Positions 15,963-26,591 of a stretch of 32,000 nucleotides of DNA are shown here, in pieces. This stretch comes from Pseudodesulfovibrio mercurii (GTDB lineage Bacteria; Desulfobacterota; Desulfovibrionia; Desulfovibrionales; Desulfovibrionaceae). Position 1 is the stretch's first letter. Every line of letters starts with the position of its first letter. A program made the position numbers and the translations under genes. The notes under the pieces are model-generated. The model was not told the origin of the DNA, searched no databases, and saw only the letters and a program-made list of their open reading frames with translations. The stretch lies in contig NC_016803.1 in NCBI RefSeq assembly GCF_000189295.2, forward strand, positions 3,120,001 through 3,152,000, given 5' to 3'.

Positions 15963-16457
15963 ATGATCAAGATGGAAACCAGCATGGGCGACATCGTCAT
16001 CGAACTCGATTTCGACAAGGCCCCCAAGACCGCGGCCAATTTCCAGCAGTACGTGGAGGAGGGCTTCTATGACGGCCTGATCTTCCACCGCGTCATCGAC
16101 AACTTCATGATCCAGGGCGGCGGCATGGACAAGAACATGAAGGAAAAGGCGACCCGCGCGCCCATCAAGAACGAGGCCAACAACGGCCTGACCAACGACA
16201 AATACACCCTGGCCATGGCCCGGACCATGGACCCGCACTCCGCGTCGTCCCAGTTCTTCATCAACGTCAAGGACAACGGCTTCCTGAACTTCTCCTCCGA
16301 GACCCCCCAGGGCTGGGGCTACGCCGTGTTCGGCAAGGTCGTGGAGGGCCAGGACGTGGTGGACAAGATCAAGGGCGTGGCCACCGGCCGCCACGGTTTC
16401 CACGACGATGTCCCGGCCGAGCCGGTGCTCATCGAGAAGGCCTCCGTGGTCGAATAG
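15963..16457 (+). CDS. ppiB: Peptidyl-prolyl cis-trans isomerase, cyclophilin type
   Basis: 164 aa. Motifs [33 protein letters not shown] and [11 protein letters not shown] are present. AAGGAG is upstream. Confidence 0.92.
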   Translation: MIKMETSMGDIVIELDFDKAPKTAANFQQYVEEGFYDGLIFHRVIDNFMIQGGGMDKNMKEKATRAPIKNEANNGLTNDKYTLAMARTMDPHSASSQFFINVKDNGFLNFSSETPQGWGYAVFGKVVEGQDVVDKIKGVATGRHGFHDDVPAEPVLIEKASVVE

Positions 16458-16513
16458 CGGCTTGCGATGCGCACTCCCGGCCGCTGCCGGGAGAGGCGGT
16501 CATTTGCCATGAC

Positions 16514-16549
16514 AAAAGGCGCATCCTGGTTGGGGGTGCGCCTTTTTTT
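16514..16549. terminator. Bidirectional Rho-independent terminator between the convergent ppiB and the 206-aa gene
   Basis: AAAAGGCGCATCC-loop-GGGGTGCGCCTTTTTTT has an A-run on one side and a T-run on the other. Confidence 0.7.
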
Positions 16550-16563
16550 GTTCCGGAGACCGG

Positions 16564-17184
16564 TCAGACGAAGAGGTTGAGGCCGGTGTAGGCGGTGGAG
16601 GTGCTGCCGCTCATGGACAGGAGGCCGCCGCCCTCGAACCAGCTGGTCGGGTCGGTGTTGTCCGCGTACCACCAGGCCAGGGACTGCTGTTGCAGGCTGG
16701 TCATCAGTTCGTCCTGGGAGAGGGTGGACGAGGCCGTGGAGGTCAGCTTGCCCAGCTGGATGATGGTGTAGAACTCCTGGACCTTGTCCGGGTTGTCTTC
16801 GAAATACTTGTTGATGATGTCCGCGTCCTCGGTGTCGTCCGGAACGGTGACCTTGCCCGTGTCCGGGTCGTAGGTCATGGCGAACTCGGCGGACACGTCC
16901 ACGCCCAGCTCCTTCAGGTCGGCCATGACCGAGGCGTCCCACTTGTCCCCCAGCTCCTCGCGGTAGTCCTCCACCTCCTGGAAGGAGAGGCGGTTGTCGT
17001 CCCCCTTGGGAATCTGGTCGAGCAGGGCGTAGATGTCCGAGGTCAGCCCGGTGGCGGCGCTGGTCTGGTTGGACTCCTCGTCCAGGGTTCCGGCCTGCTG
17101 GTAGAGCTGCTTCTGCTCCACCGAGGCGCGGAGCAGTGTGTAGGTGCCGGTGATCAGATTGGAGCCGATGGCCGTGGTGCTCAT
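16564..17184 (-). CDS. Hypothetical acidic Ser/Thr-rich protein (206 aa), no signal peptide
   Basis: ATG at 17184 with GGAGAAGG upstream. The gene is monocistronic between two terminators. By eye there is no Cys or His. I recognise no family. Confidence 0.7.
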   Translation of the reverse strand: MSTTAIGSNLITGTYTLLRASVEQKQLYQQAGTLDEESNQTSAATGLTSDIYALLDQIPKGDDNRLSFQEVEDYREELGDKWDASVMADLKELGVDVSAEFAMTYDPDTGKVTVPDDTEDADIINKYFEDNPDKVQEFYTIIQLGKLTSTASSTLSQDELMTSLQQQSLAWWYADNTDPTSWFEGGGLLSMSGSTSTAYTGLNLFV

Positions 17185-17250
17185 GCCTTCTCCTTGTGTG
17201 CCGGATGCGCCGGTTCGCGGCGGGGCAATATTTGCCCCGTTCCGGGAGAC

Positions 17251-17266
17251 AGCACAAGCCGTGCCA
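17251..17266 (-). promoter_or_regulatory. Sigma-54 (-24/-12) promoter for the 206-aa gene
   Basis: The minus strand reads TGGCACGGCTTGTGCT against the consensus TGGCACG-N4-TTGCW. The GG and GC are correctly spaced and only one core mismatch is present. It lies about 65 nt upstream of the ATG. Confidence 0.55.
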
Positions 17267-17270
17267 GCGG

Positions 17271-17316
17271 CAAAACGAAACCGGCGCGCCTGTGGACATT
17301 GCCACGGGCGCGCCGG
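17271..17316 (-). terminator. Rho-independent terminator of the liv operon
   Basis: A 15-bp stem pairs 17281-17295 with 17302-17316 (one G-U pair) around a 6-nt loop. On the minus strand it is followed by TTTCGTTTTG. Confidence 0.7.
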
Positions 17317-17343
17317 ACGGGTTTCGCGTTCGGAGGGGGAGGG

Positions 17344-18084
17344 CTAGCCGCCGAGGTAGGCCCGCTTGACCTCGGGGTCCTCCATGAGCTGGGCGGACGA
17401 GCCCTGGGCCACGATCTCGCCGGTGTCGATGACGTAGCCCCGGTGGGCGAACTTGAGGGCCAGGTTGGCGTTCTGCTCGATGAGCAGGATGGTCATGCCC
17501 TCCTCGTTCAGCTCCTTGAGGGTCCGGAACATGTCGTACATGAGCAGGGGGGCGAGCCCCATGGACGGCTCGTCGAGCATGATAACCCGGCAGCCGGACA
17601 TGAGCGCGCGGCCCACGGCGAGCATCTGCTGCTCGCCGCCGGACAGGGACTCGGAGCGCTGCTTCTTGCGCTCGTCCAGGCGCGGGAACAGGGTGTAGAC
17701 GCGCTTGTAGTCGCGGTCGATCTCGCCCTGCCCGTCCTTGCGGGAATAGGTGGCCAGCGTGAGGTTCTCCTCCACGGTCAGGTTGCCGAAGATGTGGCGT
17801 CCCTCGGGGACCAGGGCCGTGTGCAGGTCCGAGACGACCTTGTCCGCGGACATGCCCAGGATGGACTGGCCCTTGAAGCGGATGTCGCCCTTGATGACCT
17901 TGGGGGCCTCGGGCGGGGGCAGCTGGGCGATGGACATGAGCGTGGTGGACTTGCCCGCGCCGTTGGCGCCGATGAGGGTGACGATCTCGCCCTCGCCCAC
18001 GGTGAAGGAGATGCCGTGCAGGGCCTCGATGTTGCCGTACTTGACGTAGAGGTTTTCGACTTCGAGTAAGGGAGTGGTGGTCAT
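17344..18084 (-). CDS. livF: Branched-chain amino acid ABC transporter ATP-binding protein LivF
   Basis: ORF 17344..18582 is trimmed to the ATG at 18084 (MTTTPLLEVENLYVKYG...), which overlaps the livG stop (ATGA). Walker A GANGAGKST, signature LSGGEQQ and Walker B IMLDEPS are present. Confidence 0.9.
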   Translation of the reverse strand: MTTTPLLEVENLYVKYGNIEALHGISFTVGEGEIVTLIGANGAGKSTTLMSIAQLPPPEAPKVIKGDIRFKGQSILGMSADKVVSDLHTALVPEGRHIFGNLTVEENLTLATYSRKDGQGEIDRDYKRVYTLFPRLDERKKQRSESLSGGEQQMLAVGRALMSGCRVIMLDEPSMGLAPLLMYDMFRTLKELNEEGMTILLIEQNANLALKFAHRGYVIDTGEIVAQGSSAQLMEDPEVKRAYLGG

Positions 18085-18848
18085 ATGTTGTCGTCTCCAA
18101 GATAGGCCTTGATGACGGCCGGGTTGCTCTGGATGTCTTCGGGGGTGCCCTCGGCGATGGTCGAGCCGAAGTCGATGACCTTGATCCACTGGCACAGGGA
18201 GGTGACGACCTTCATCTGATGCTCGATCATGAAGATGGTGATGTCGAAGTGCTCGTGGATCCAGCGGACCAGGGTGATCAGGTCCTCCACGTCCTTGGAG
18301 TTCAGGCCCGCAGCGGGCTCGTCCAGGAGCAGCAGCTTGGGCCGGATGGACATGGCCCGGGCGATCTCCACACGGCGCTGCAGGCCGTAGGGCAGGTTCT
18401 TGGGCAGCTCCATGGCCACTTCGGTCAGGGACATGGCATCGAGCAGCTTCTCGGCGATCTCCAGGATGCGCTCCTCGCGCTTGCGGTATTTCTTGCCCCG
18501 GATGACCGAATCCCAGACCGAGTAACCGAGCCGGTAGTGCTGGGCGATGCGGATGTTGTCCAGCACGGTCATGTCGTGCCACAGGCGGATGTTCTGGAAG
18601 GTCCGGGCGATGCCCATGGAGGTGACCTGGTGGGGCTTGAGCCCCTTGGTGGGCTTGCCGTCGAAGGTGATGGTCCCCTCGGTGGGCTGGTAGAAGCCGG
18701 AGATGAGGTTGAAGATGGTGGTCTTGCCCGCGCCGTTGGGGCCGATGAGGCCCATCAATTCGCCGCCCTGCATGTCCACGGAGAACTCGGAGACCGCCTG
18801 GAGGCCGCCGAACCGCTGGGTGAGGCTGTCTATTTTAAGCAGTGACAT
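18081..18848 (-). CDS. livG: Branched-chain amino acid ABC transporter ATP-binding protein LivG
   Basis: 255 aa. GPNGAGKTT, the LivG-type signature and LLLDEPAAG are present. Confidence 0.92.
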   Translation of the reverse strand: MSLLKIDSLTQRFGGLQAVSEFSVDMQGGELMGLIGPNGAGKTTIFNLISGFYQPTEGTITFDGKPTKGLKPHQVTSMGIARTFQNIRLWHDMTVLDNIRIAQHYRLGYSVWDSVIRGKKYRKREERILEIAEKLLDAMSLTEVAMELPKNLPYGLQRRVEIARAMSIRPKLLLLDEPAAGLNSKDVEDLITLVRWIHEHFDITIFMIEHQMKVVTSLCQWIKVIDFGSTIAEGTPEDIQSNPAVIKAYLGDDNI

Positions 18849-18858
18849 GAACAGCCCC

Positions 18859-19953
18859 CTATTTGAATGTGTAGTATTTCTTGAGTTTCGGGAACACGTC
18901 CGACAACTCCTTGTTGCCCATGATGCCCTCGGGCCGGAACTGCATGATCAGGACCAGGAGCAGGGGGATGAGGACCCACTTGATGACGCCCGCCGACGGC
19001 TCCCAGTCCGGGAACACGAAGGTGGCCGGGGCCAGCAGGAAGTCGATGAGCGCCTGGGAGCGCAGGACCTCGAGCAGGAAGGTGAAGACCACCGCCGAGA
19101 TGACCGCGCCCGAGAGCGACCCCATGCCGCCCAGGTAGACCATGACCATGGCCTCGGTGGACTTGAGGATGTTGAAGGACTGCGGGTTGACGTAGCCGAC
19201 CACGTGGGCGAACAGGCCGCCCGCGCATCCGGCCAGACCCGCCGAGATCATGAAGTTCACGGTTTTGATCTTGTTGGTGTTGACCGACATGATCTCGGCC
19301 GCGGTCTCGTCCTGGCACACGGCGTTGACGCCCTTGCCGTAGGTCGAGGTGATGAACCGCCGGATGACCCAGATGTCGAAGGCGGTGAACAGGATGACGA
19401 AGAGCAGGACCCAGGGGAAGTCGTTGTCCCCGGCCAGCCAGGACGGGGTGGAATCGACCATGGCCCAGACCGTGTCCTTCATGCCCTGGAAGCCGCGCGA
19501 GCCGCCGATCCAGTCCATGTTCTCGATGGCCGAGATGACCATGTAGTTGACCGCGATGGTGATGATGGCCAGGTAGTCGTCGCGGGTCTTGAACGAGGGC
19601 AGGGCCACCAGGATCGAGGACAGGGCCGCCACCGCGCCGCCCATCAGGATGATGACCGGGAAGACGAAGTAGGAGGCCGCCGCGGGCAGCAGCGGGTCGC
19701 CGAACTTGTTGCCGAAGCAGAGCACGGACAGCAGGGAGGCCACGTAGGCCCCCACGCACATGAAGGCCGCGTGCCCGCAGGTGAATTCGCCCATGTTGCC
19801 GTTCACCAGGTTCAGCGAGGTGGACATCATGATGTTGATGCCGCCGAACATGATGACCGCCTGGATGTAGTTGTCGAGGATGCGGTACTGGGCCAGGACC
19901 AGCAGGACCACGGCCACCAGGACCATGAGGACGTTGAGAGAGTATTTCTGCAT
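18859..19953 (-). CDS. livM: Branched-chain amino acid ABC transporter permease LivM
   Basis: 364 aa and polytopic. Its position lies between livH and livG. Confidence 0.9.
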   Translation of the reverse strand: MQKYSLNVLMVLVAVVLLVLAQYRILDNYIQAVIMFGGINIMMSTSLNLVNGNMGEFTCGHAAFMCVGAYVASLLSVLCFGNKFGDPLLPAAASYFVFPVIILMGGAVAALSSILVALPSFKTRDDYLAIITIAVNYMVISAIENMDWIGGSRGFQGMKDTVWAMVDSTPSWLAGDNDFPWVLLFVILFTAFDIWVIRRFITSTYGKGVNAVCQDETAAEIMSVNTNKIKTVNFMISAGLAGCAGGLFAHVVGYVNPQSFNILKSTEAMVMVYLGGMGSLSGAVISAVVFTFLLEVLRSQALIDFLLAPATFVFPDWEPSAGVIKWVLIPLLLVLIMQFRPEGIMGNKELSDVFPKLKKYYTFK

Positions 19954-19966
19954 CGGTTTCTCCCAA

Positions 19967-20878
19967 CTAGATCTTGGTGGACTGCGGCATGCCGAACAGC
20001 CCGGTCGGTTTCATCCAGAGAATGATCAGCAGGATGGTGAAGGCGAACAGGTCCCGGTAGGTGGACGGGAACACGGTGACCACGCCGACCTCGATGAAGC
20101 CGAGCAGGAAGCCGCCGTAGAACGCGCCCCGGATGTCGCCGATGCCGCCGACCACGGCCGCGATGAACGCCTTCCAGCCGATGAGCATGCCCATGAACGG
20201 CTCAAGCACCGGGTAGGACATGGCGAAGAGCAGCCCGGCCAACCCCGCGAAGCCGGAGCCCAGGATGAAGGTGAAGACGATGATCTGGTCGATGGGGATG
20301 CCCATGAGCGGGATGGCGAACTTGTCGTAGGAGATGCCGCGCATGGCCATGCCGATCTTGGTCTTGGTGACGATGAAATTGAGGATGATGAACACGGCGA
20401 TGGCCGCGAAGATGACGATGACCTTCAGGTTGGTCACGGTCACGCCGCCCAGGTTCCAGACGGATTTCTGGACCAGCTCCGGGAACTTCAACCGGCTGGC
20501 GCCGAGCACGGCCAGGTTGGAGTACTCGAGGATCAGGCCGCACATGAGGGCCGTGATGACCACGTAGAGGCGGTGCGCCCCCTTGCGCCTGAGCGGCCGG
20601 TACGCGATGCGCTCCAGGGTCACGCCCACGCAGGCGGTCAGGAACATGGTCAGCGGCACGGCGAGCAGGAAAGTCGCGAACGGCGACAGCCCGATGGCCG
20701 GGCCGAGCAGGAACCCGGCCACGAAAAACGCGATGTACGCCCCGACCATGAAGATGTCGCCATGGGCGAAGTTGATCAGGCGGAGCACGCCGTACACCAG
20801 GGTGTAGCCCAACGCGATGAGCGCGTAGAAGCTGCCCCACTGCAGGGCGTTGATGATATTTTGAATGATGAAGTCCAC
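19967..20878 (-). CDS. livH: Branched-chain amino acid ABC transporter permease LivH
   Basis: ORF 19967..20950 is trimmed to the GTG at 20878 (VDFIIQNIINALQWGSFYALIALGYTLVYG..., a typical LivH N-terminus). GGAAGG lies 7 nt upstream. Confidence 0.85.
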   Translation of the reverse strand: MDFIIQNIINALQWGSFYALIALGYTLVYGVLRLINFAHGDIFMVGAYIAFFVAGFLLGPAIGLSPFATFLLAVPLTMFLTACVGVTLERIAYRPLRRKGAHRLYVVITALMCGLILEYSNLAVLGASRLKFPELVQKSVWNLGGVTVTNLKVIVIFAAIAVFIILNFIVTKTKIGMAMRGISYDKFAIPLMGIPIDQIIVFTFILGSGFAGLAGLLFAMSYPVLEPFMGMLIGWKAFIAAVVGGIGDIRGAFYGGFLLGFIEVGVVTVFPSTYRDLFAFTILLIILWMKPTGLFGMPQSTKI

Positions 20879-20943
20879 GGTAGCCTTCCCTGGGGAGAAT
20901 GTCTTGAATCTGGGCCGAGGGGTGCCGGATGCCTCGGAAGGGG

Positions 20944-20976
20944 GATACAAGAGCGGGGGCCGTTAAGCCCCCGCTC
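20944..20976 (-). terminator. Intercistronic stem-loop after the SBP gene (attenuator / differential-stability element)
   Basis: GAGCGGGGGC (20951-20960) pairs with GCCCCCGCTC (20967-20976). On the minus strand it is followed by TTGTATC. Confidence 0.5.
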
Positions 20977-21000
20977 GCCTAGGCAGATGCAATCGGGTGT

Positions 21001-22176
21001 CTACGGGCAGACGGACTGCTCGAAGACGAATTCGCCCTGGTCGGAGATCTTGACCACGACGGCGCACTTGATCGGGTCGCCCTGTTCGTCGAACTTGGAC
21101 TTGCCGGTGATGCCGTCGAAGGACTTGATGGCGGCCAGGCCGTCGCGGATGAGCTGACGCTCCTTGCGCGGGTTGGAGTCCACCTTGCCAGCGTTCTGGA
21201 TGCCCTGAACGAGCAGGCCGATGGAATCCCAGGTCAGGGCCGCGTAGTCGGCCGGGGTGGAGCCGTAGGCCTTCTCGTAGCGGTCGATGAAGACCTTGGT
21301 GGCGCCGGTGGCGCCGGCAGCGGCGTAGTGGGTGGAGAAGTAGTTGCCGTAGCACTGCTCACCGCAGAGCTTGATCAGGTCGGGGGTGCCCCAGGCGTCG
21401 GAACCCATGAAGGGACCCTTGTAGCCGAGGTCACGCGCCTGCTGCACGATCAGGGCAACCTGGTTGTAGTTGTCGGGCACGAAGATGAAATCGGGGTTGG
21501 CCTTGATGATGGTGGTCAGCTGGGCGGAGAAGTCCTGGTCCTTGGTGCCGTGGGACTCGAAGGCCACGACCGGGCCGAGGCCCTTCTTCTCCCAGGCGGC
21601 CTTGAAGATCTCGGCCAGGCCCTTGGAGTAGTCGTTGGACACGTCGAACAGGACGGCGGAGGTCTTGGCGCCGAACTTGGAGGCGGCGAAGTCAGCGGCG
21701 ACCGGGCCCTGGAACGGATCCAGGAAGGCGGCGCGGAAGACCCACGGACGATCCTTGGTGGTGTCGGGGTTGGTGGACCAGGGGGTGATCATCGGGCAAC
21801 GGTTGTCGTTGCAGGTGCCGCCGGCGGGCACGGCCTGCTTGGAGGAGTTGGGGCCGATGATGGCGACAACGTTCTCCTGCTCGATGAGCTTCAGGGCCGC
21901 GTTGACCGCGGATTCGGCCTTGGACTCGTTGTCCATGTAGACGAACTCGAGCATGTACTTCTTGCCGCCGACCTCGAGGCCGCCAGCGTCATTGATGTCC
22001 TTGAGGTACATCTCGGCGGCCTTCTTGGAGCCGTCGCCGACCTCGGGGATGTCGCCCGTCAGGGGCAGGTTGAAGCCGATTTTGATGGTGTCGGCGGCGA
22101 AGGCCGGGACGATCATCAGGAAGCTCAGAACGAACGCCAGAGCCAGCAGGCCCGTCTTGTGCAAACTCAGTTTCAT
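21001..22176 (-). CDS. livJ: Branched-chain amino acid ABC transporter substrate-binding protein (LivJ/LivK family)
   Basis: ORF 21001..22191 is trimmed to the ATG at 22176, with GAGGAGG upstream. The signal peptide is MKLSLHKTGLLALAFVLSFLMIVPAFA. The Leu/Ile/Val-binding family pattern IKIGFNLPLTGD...IIGPNSS is present. Confidence 0.9.
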   Translation of the reverse strand: MKLSLHKTGLLALAFVLSFLMIVPAFAADTIKIGFNLPLTGDIPEVGDGSKKAAEMYLKDINDAGGLEVGGKKYMLEFVYMDNESKAESAVNAALKLIEQENVVAIIGPNSSKQAVPAGGTCNDNRCPMITPWSTNPDTTKDRPWVFRAAFLDPFQGPVAADFAASKFGAKTSAVLFDVSNDYSKGLAEIFKAAWEKKGLGPVVAFESHGTKDQDFSAQLTTIIKANPDFIFVPDNYNQVALIVQQARDLGYKGPFMGSDAWGTPDLIKLCGEQCYGNYFSTHYAAAGATGATKVFIDRYEKAYGSTPADYAALTWDSIGLLVQGIQNAGKVDSNPRKERQLIRDGLAAIKSFDGITGKSKFDEQGDPIKCAVVVKISDQGEFVFEQSVCP

Positions 22177-22455
22177 TACTCCTCCTCTCATAGGAATATG
22201 GTTGCTGGTTGAAACAGTGATGATTCATACACGAAAAGGGGGGTGAGAGGAAGGGCTTTTCGGTAGTACATTTTTGCAAATCTCGCGGTATGGTTGAATA
22301 TATTGCGCAGTTTCAGGATAAAACGGCGCGAAATTTCTCAAAAAGAAATTTTTGGGGGAATAAAATTTTTCATTAATGTGAGAAAAGAAGCGGAGAATCG
22401 GCGTTTCTCCCGGGCCCGTTGGCCGTGCGGGGCGGGCCGCAGGCCTTGGATGGCC

Positions 22456-22489
22456 CGCAAAAAGGCCGGTTTCCTTGCGGAAACCGGCC
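22456..22489 (-). terminator. Rho-independent terminator of fadD
   Basis: The minus strand reads GGCCGGTTTCC-GCAA-GGAAACCGGCC followed by TTTTTGCG. Confidence 0.7.
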
Positions 22490-22522
22490 CTTGAAACGGC
22501 TTGGGACGGCCCTGTCCGGCGG

Positions 22523-24280
<1,758 letters not shown>

Positions 24281-24521
24281 CGGGCGCTTCCTTCAAGAGG
24301 GTTTCGGTGTTGAGAAGGTGCGGGGACGGTATAATAGCCCGGTCCCGTGGTCAATATGGCGTGTTTCAAACAGACGGGGTCGAACTTTTGACGGTTTTTC
24401 GTCTCCGGGGAAGGAATGTCCAGGAAACGGCCCGGCCGGGCGAAAGGCTGAAAAATTAACTCCTTGTTTATCAGTATATTAACCAGTAAAGACAGGCCAC
24501 GTGCACCCCGCGCGGGTCCCT

Positions 24522-24537
24522 TGGCAGACTCCTTGCA
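24522..24537 (+). promoter_or_regulatory. Sigma-54 (-24/-12) promoter-like site upstream of the wHTH regulator / NeuB-like operon
   Basis: TGGCAG-ACTCC-TTGCA matches the consensus TGGCAC-N5-TTGCA with one mismatch. It lies about 255 nt upstream of the ATG at 24794. Confidence 0.45.
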
Positions 24538-24693
24538 ACCTCCCGCGCACGCCCCTTTCGGGGGAAATCGTTGCCCGTCGGCTAAAGTCGGGACCCGGAA
24601 GCGCCGATTATTCAATATGTCAACGATTGATCCGGCGGACGGGCGGGACGGACCTCGGGGCCCGAAGACCGGAAAGCCCGGTCCGGGGCCGAG

Positions 24694-24722
24694 TTGACAG
24701 GGGTGGTGGCCGTGCCTAGAGT
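24694..24722 (+). promoter_or_regulatory. Candidate sigma-70 promoter for the same operon
   Basis: TTGACA (24694-24699), 17-nt spacer, TAGAGT (24717-24722). Confidence 0.3.
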
Positions 24723-24793
24723 GAAATCCTCGGCACACCGGACGCCACCTCGAACGGATGAATCATTGACCGAACGAATGACCGAGAAGTTGC

Positions 24794-25441
24794 ATGGCAG
24801 AACACGCTGAAAATGTGGTGACCGGAATGCTGATTACCGAGGGCGGCTATCTCAGGCCGAGCAAGAGCACCCGCGTCCTGGCCATCCTGGACGCCCTGTC
24901 CCGGGATTCCAGCCTGTCCCAGTACGAACTGGGCAGGCAGCTGCACCTGTCCGGGGCCATGGTCAACCAGTACCTCAAGCAGTTGCAGACCGAGGGACTG
25001 GTCGAGTTCCTCCCGGTCAACGGCAAGAGCTACCACTACACCCTGACGGAACAGGGCCGCCGCTCCCGCCAGCGCATGTTCTCCGACTATTCCTCGGAGA
25101 CCGTCCGGCTCTATTCCACCATCAAGGAGTTCGTGCTCGACAAGCTGCACGGCCTGGACAACGAAGGCAAGCGGGACCTGGCGCTGTTCGGCGCGTCCGA
25201 GACCTGCGAGGTGGTCCTGTCCGCCCTGCGCGGCACCCGCTTCCGGGTCAAGGTCCTGCTGGACAACGACACCAAGAAACAGGGGCAGATTTTCAACGGA
25301 CACGTGGTTTCCGCACCGCATGTCCTGGATCAGGTGGACTGCGACGCCGTGGTCATCACCTCCTTCGGCAAGCAGGGCGAGATCTTCGAACAGGTCAAGC
25401 CCTACGCCGACAAGCGCGGATTTCAAATCGTGAGATTCTGA
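24794..25441 (+). CDS. Winged-helix DNA-binding protein with C-terminal Rossmann-like domain (Rex-like architecture, degenerate Gly motif)
   Basis: 215 aa. The MarR/wHTH-like part is VLAILDALSRDSSLSQYELGRQLHLSGAMVNQYLKQLQTEGLV. The C-terminal part LALFGASETCEVVLSAL...VLLDNDTKKQGQIFNGHVV...DAVVITS resembles a CoA/NAD-binding Rossmann fold. Confidence 0.75.
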   Translation: MAEHAENVVTGMLITEGGYLRPSKSTRVLAILDALSRDSSLSQYELGRQLHLSGAMVNQYLKQLQTEGLVEFLPVNGKSYHYTLTEQGRRSRQRMFSDYSSETVRLYSTIKEFVLDKLHGLDNEGKRDLALFGASETCEVVLSALRGTRFRVKVLLDNDTKKQGQIFNGHVVSAPHVLDQVDCDAVVITSFGKQGEIFEQVKPYADKRGFQIVRF

Positions 25442-25443
25442 TT

Positions 25444-26535
25444 ATGAAACAGCTCCAATCCGTCACATTGCGTTCGGGCGTCACCATCGGCAAGGGCCAC
25501 CCCTGCTTCGTGGTCGCGGAAATCGGCAACAACCACCAGGGCGAGTTCGACATCGCCAAGCGGATGATCGACGAGGCCGCCGGCGCCGGGGTCCAGGGAG
25601 TCAAGTTCCAGAAACGGGACAGCGAGGCGCTGCTCACCCGCCAGGGACGGGCCGCTCCCTACACCGGTCCCAACAGCTTCGGCCCGACCTACGGCGAACA
25701 CCGCGCCGCCCTTGAGCTGTCCATCGAACAGATGGCCCGGCTCAAGGAATACGCCGAGTCCCTGGGCCTGGTCTTCTTCGCCTCGGCCTGGGACGACCCG
25801 AGCCTGGCCCAGATCCTGGACCTGGACGTGGAACTGCTCAAGATCAGCTCCGCCGAACTCGTCAACGTCCCCCTGGTGCGCAAATACGCCAGGGCCGACA
25901 TCCCCATCATCCTGTCCACCGGCATGAGCGGCCTGGACGACATCGACGTGGCCATGGCCGAGATCCGCGCCTACCACGACAACGTCATCCTGCTGCACTG
26001 CAATTCCACCTACCCCTGCCCCGAGGAACACATCGGCCTGCCCGTCATGGACGCCCTGCGCGAGCGCTACGGCGTGCCCGTGGGCTACTCCGGCCATGAA
26101 AAGGGCATCGGTCCCAGCGTGGCCGCCGCCGCCCTGGGCGCCTGCGTGGTGGAACGCCACTTCACCCTGGACAAGACCCTCAAGGGCACCGACCACCAGG
26201 CCTCCCTCGAACCCGCACAGCTGGCCGCCATGGTGACCATGATCCGCGAGGTCGAAAAGGCCGTCCAGGTCAAGGGCAAGGTCGTGTTCCCCGACGAACA
26301 GGCCGCCGCCAAGAAACTGCGCAAATGCATCGTCTTTTCCCGCGACCTGCCCGCCGGACACATCCTCACCGAGGCCGACCTGACCACCCGCTGCCCGCGC
26401 GTGGGCATCTCCCCGGTCCACTGGGACGAAGTCCTCGGCGCAGGTCTCAACCGGCCCGTCAAACACGAGGAACCCGTGCAATGGGATACCCTCAGCCTCA
26501 ACCAACCCGTCTGCGCCGGAGCCGCCTCGTCGTAG
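25444..26535 (+). CDS. N-acetylneuraminate synthase family protein (NeuB/PseI/NANS superfamily) with C-terminal SAF domain
   Basis: 363 aa. Motifs are PCFVVAEIGNNHQG, VKFQKR, GYSGHEKG and ERHFTLDK..KGTDHQASLEP. The ATG is 2 nt after the stop of the preceding gene. Confidence 0.9.
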   Translation: MKQLQSVTLRSGVTIGKGHPCFVVAEIGNNHQGEFDIAKRMIDEAAGAGVQGVKFQKRDSEALLTRQGRAAPYTGPNSFGPTYGEHRAALELSIEQMARLKEYAESLGLVFFASAWDDPSLAQILDLDVELLKISSAELVNVPLVRKYARADIPIILSTGMSGLDDIDVAMAEIRAYHDNVILLHCNSTYPCPEEHIGLPVMDALRERYGVPVGYSGHEKGIGPSVAAAALGACVVERHFTLDKTLKGTDHQASLEPAQLAAMVTMIREVEKAVQVKGKVVFPDEQAAAKKLRKCIVFSRDLPAGHILTEADLTTRCPRVGISPVHWDEVLGAGLNRPVKHEEPVQWDTLSLNQPVCAGAASS

Positions 26536-26557
26536 ATGCACCCATGCTCGAAGAAAA

Positions 26558-26591
26558 GGGCGGACGCGCAAAGCGCGCCCGCCCTTTTTTT
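26558..26591 (+). terminator. Rho-independent terminator of the NeuB-like gene
   Basis: GGGCGGACGCGC-AAA-GCGCGCCCGCCC is followed by TTTTTTT. Confidence 0.75.

Noticed and set aside
16319-18100. 593-aa minus-strand ORF spanning ppiB, the 206-aa gene and livF
   Set aside because: It crosses two terminators and an intergenic promoter. It is out of frame with the recognisable livF, and the translation is Arg/Pro/Gly-rich junk.
18190-18205. TGGCAC hexamers inside livG (about 18190) and fadD (about 23560)
   Set aside because: They lie inside coding sequence, on the wrong strand for the genes, and have no properly spaced TTGC -12 element.
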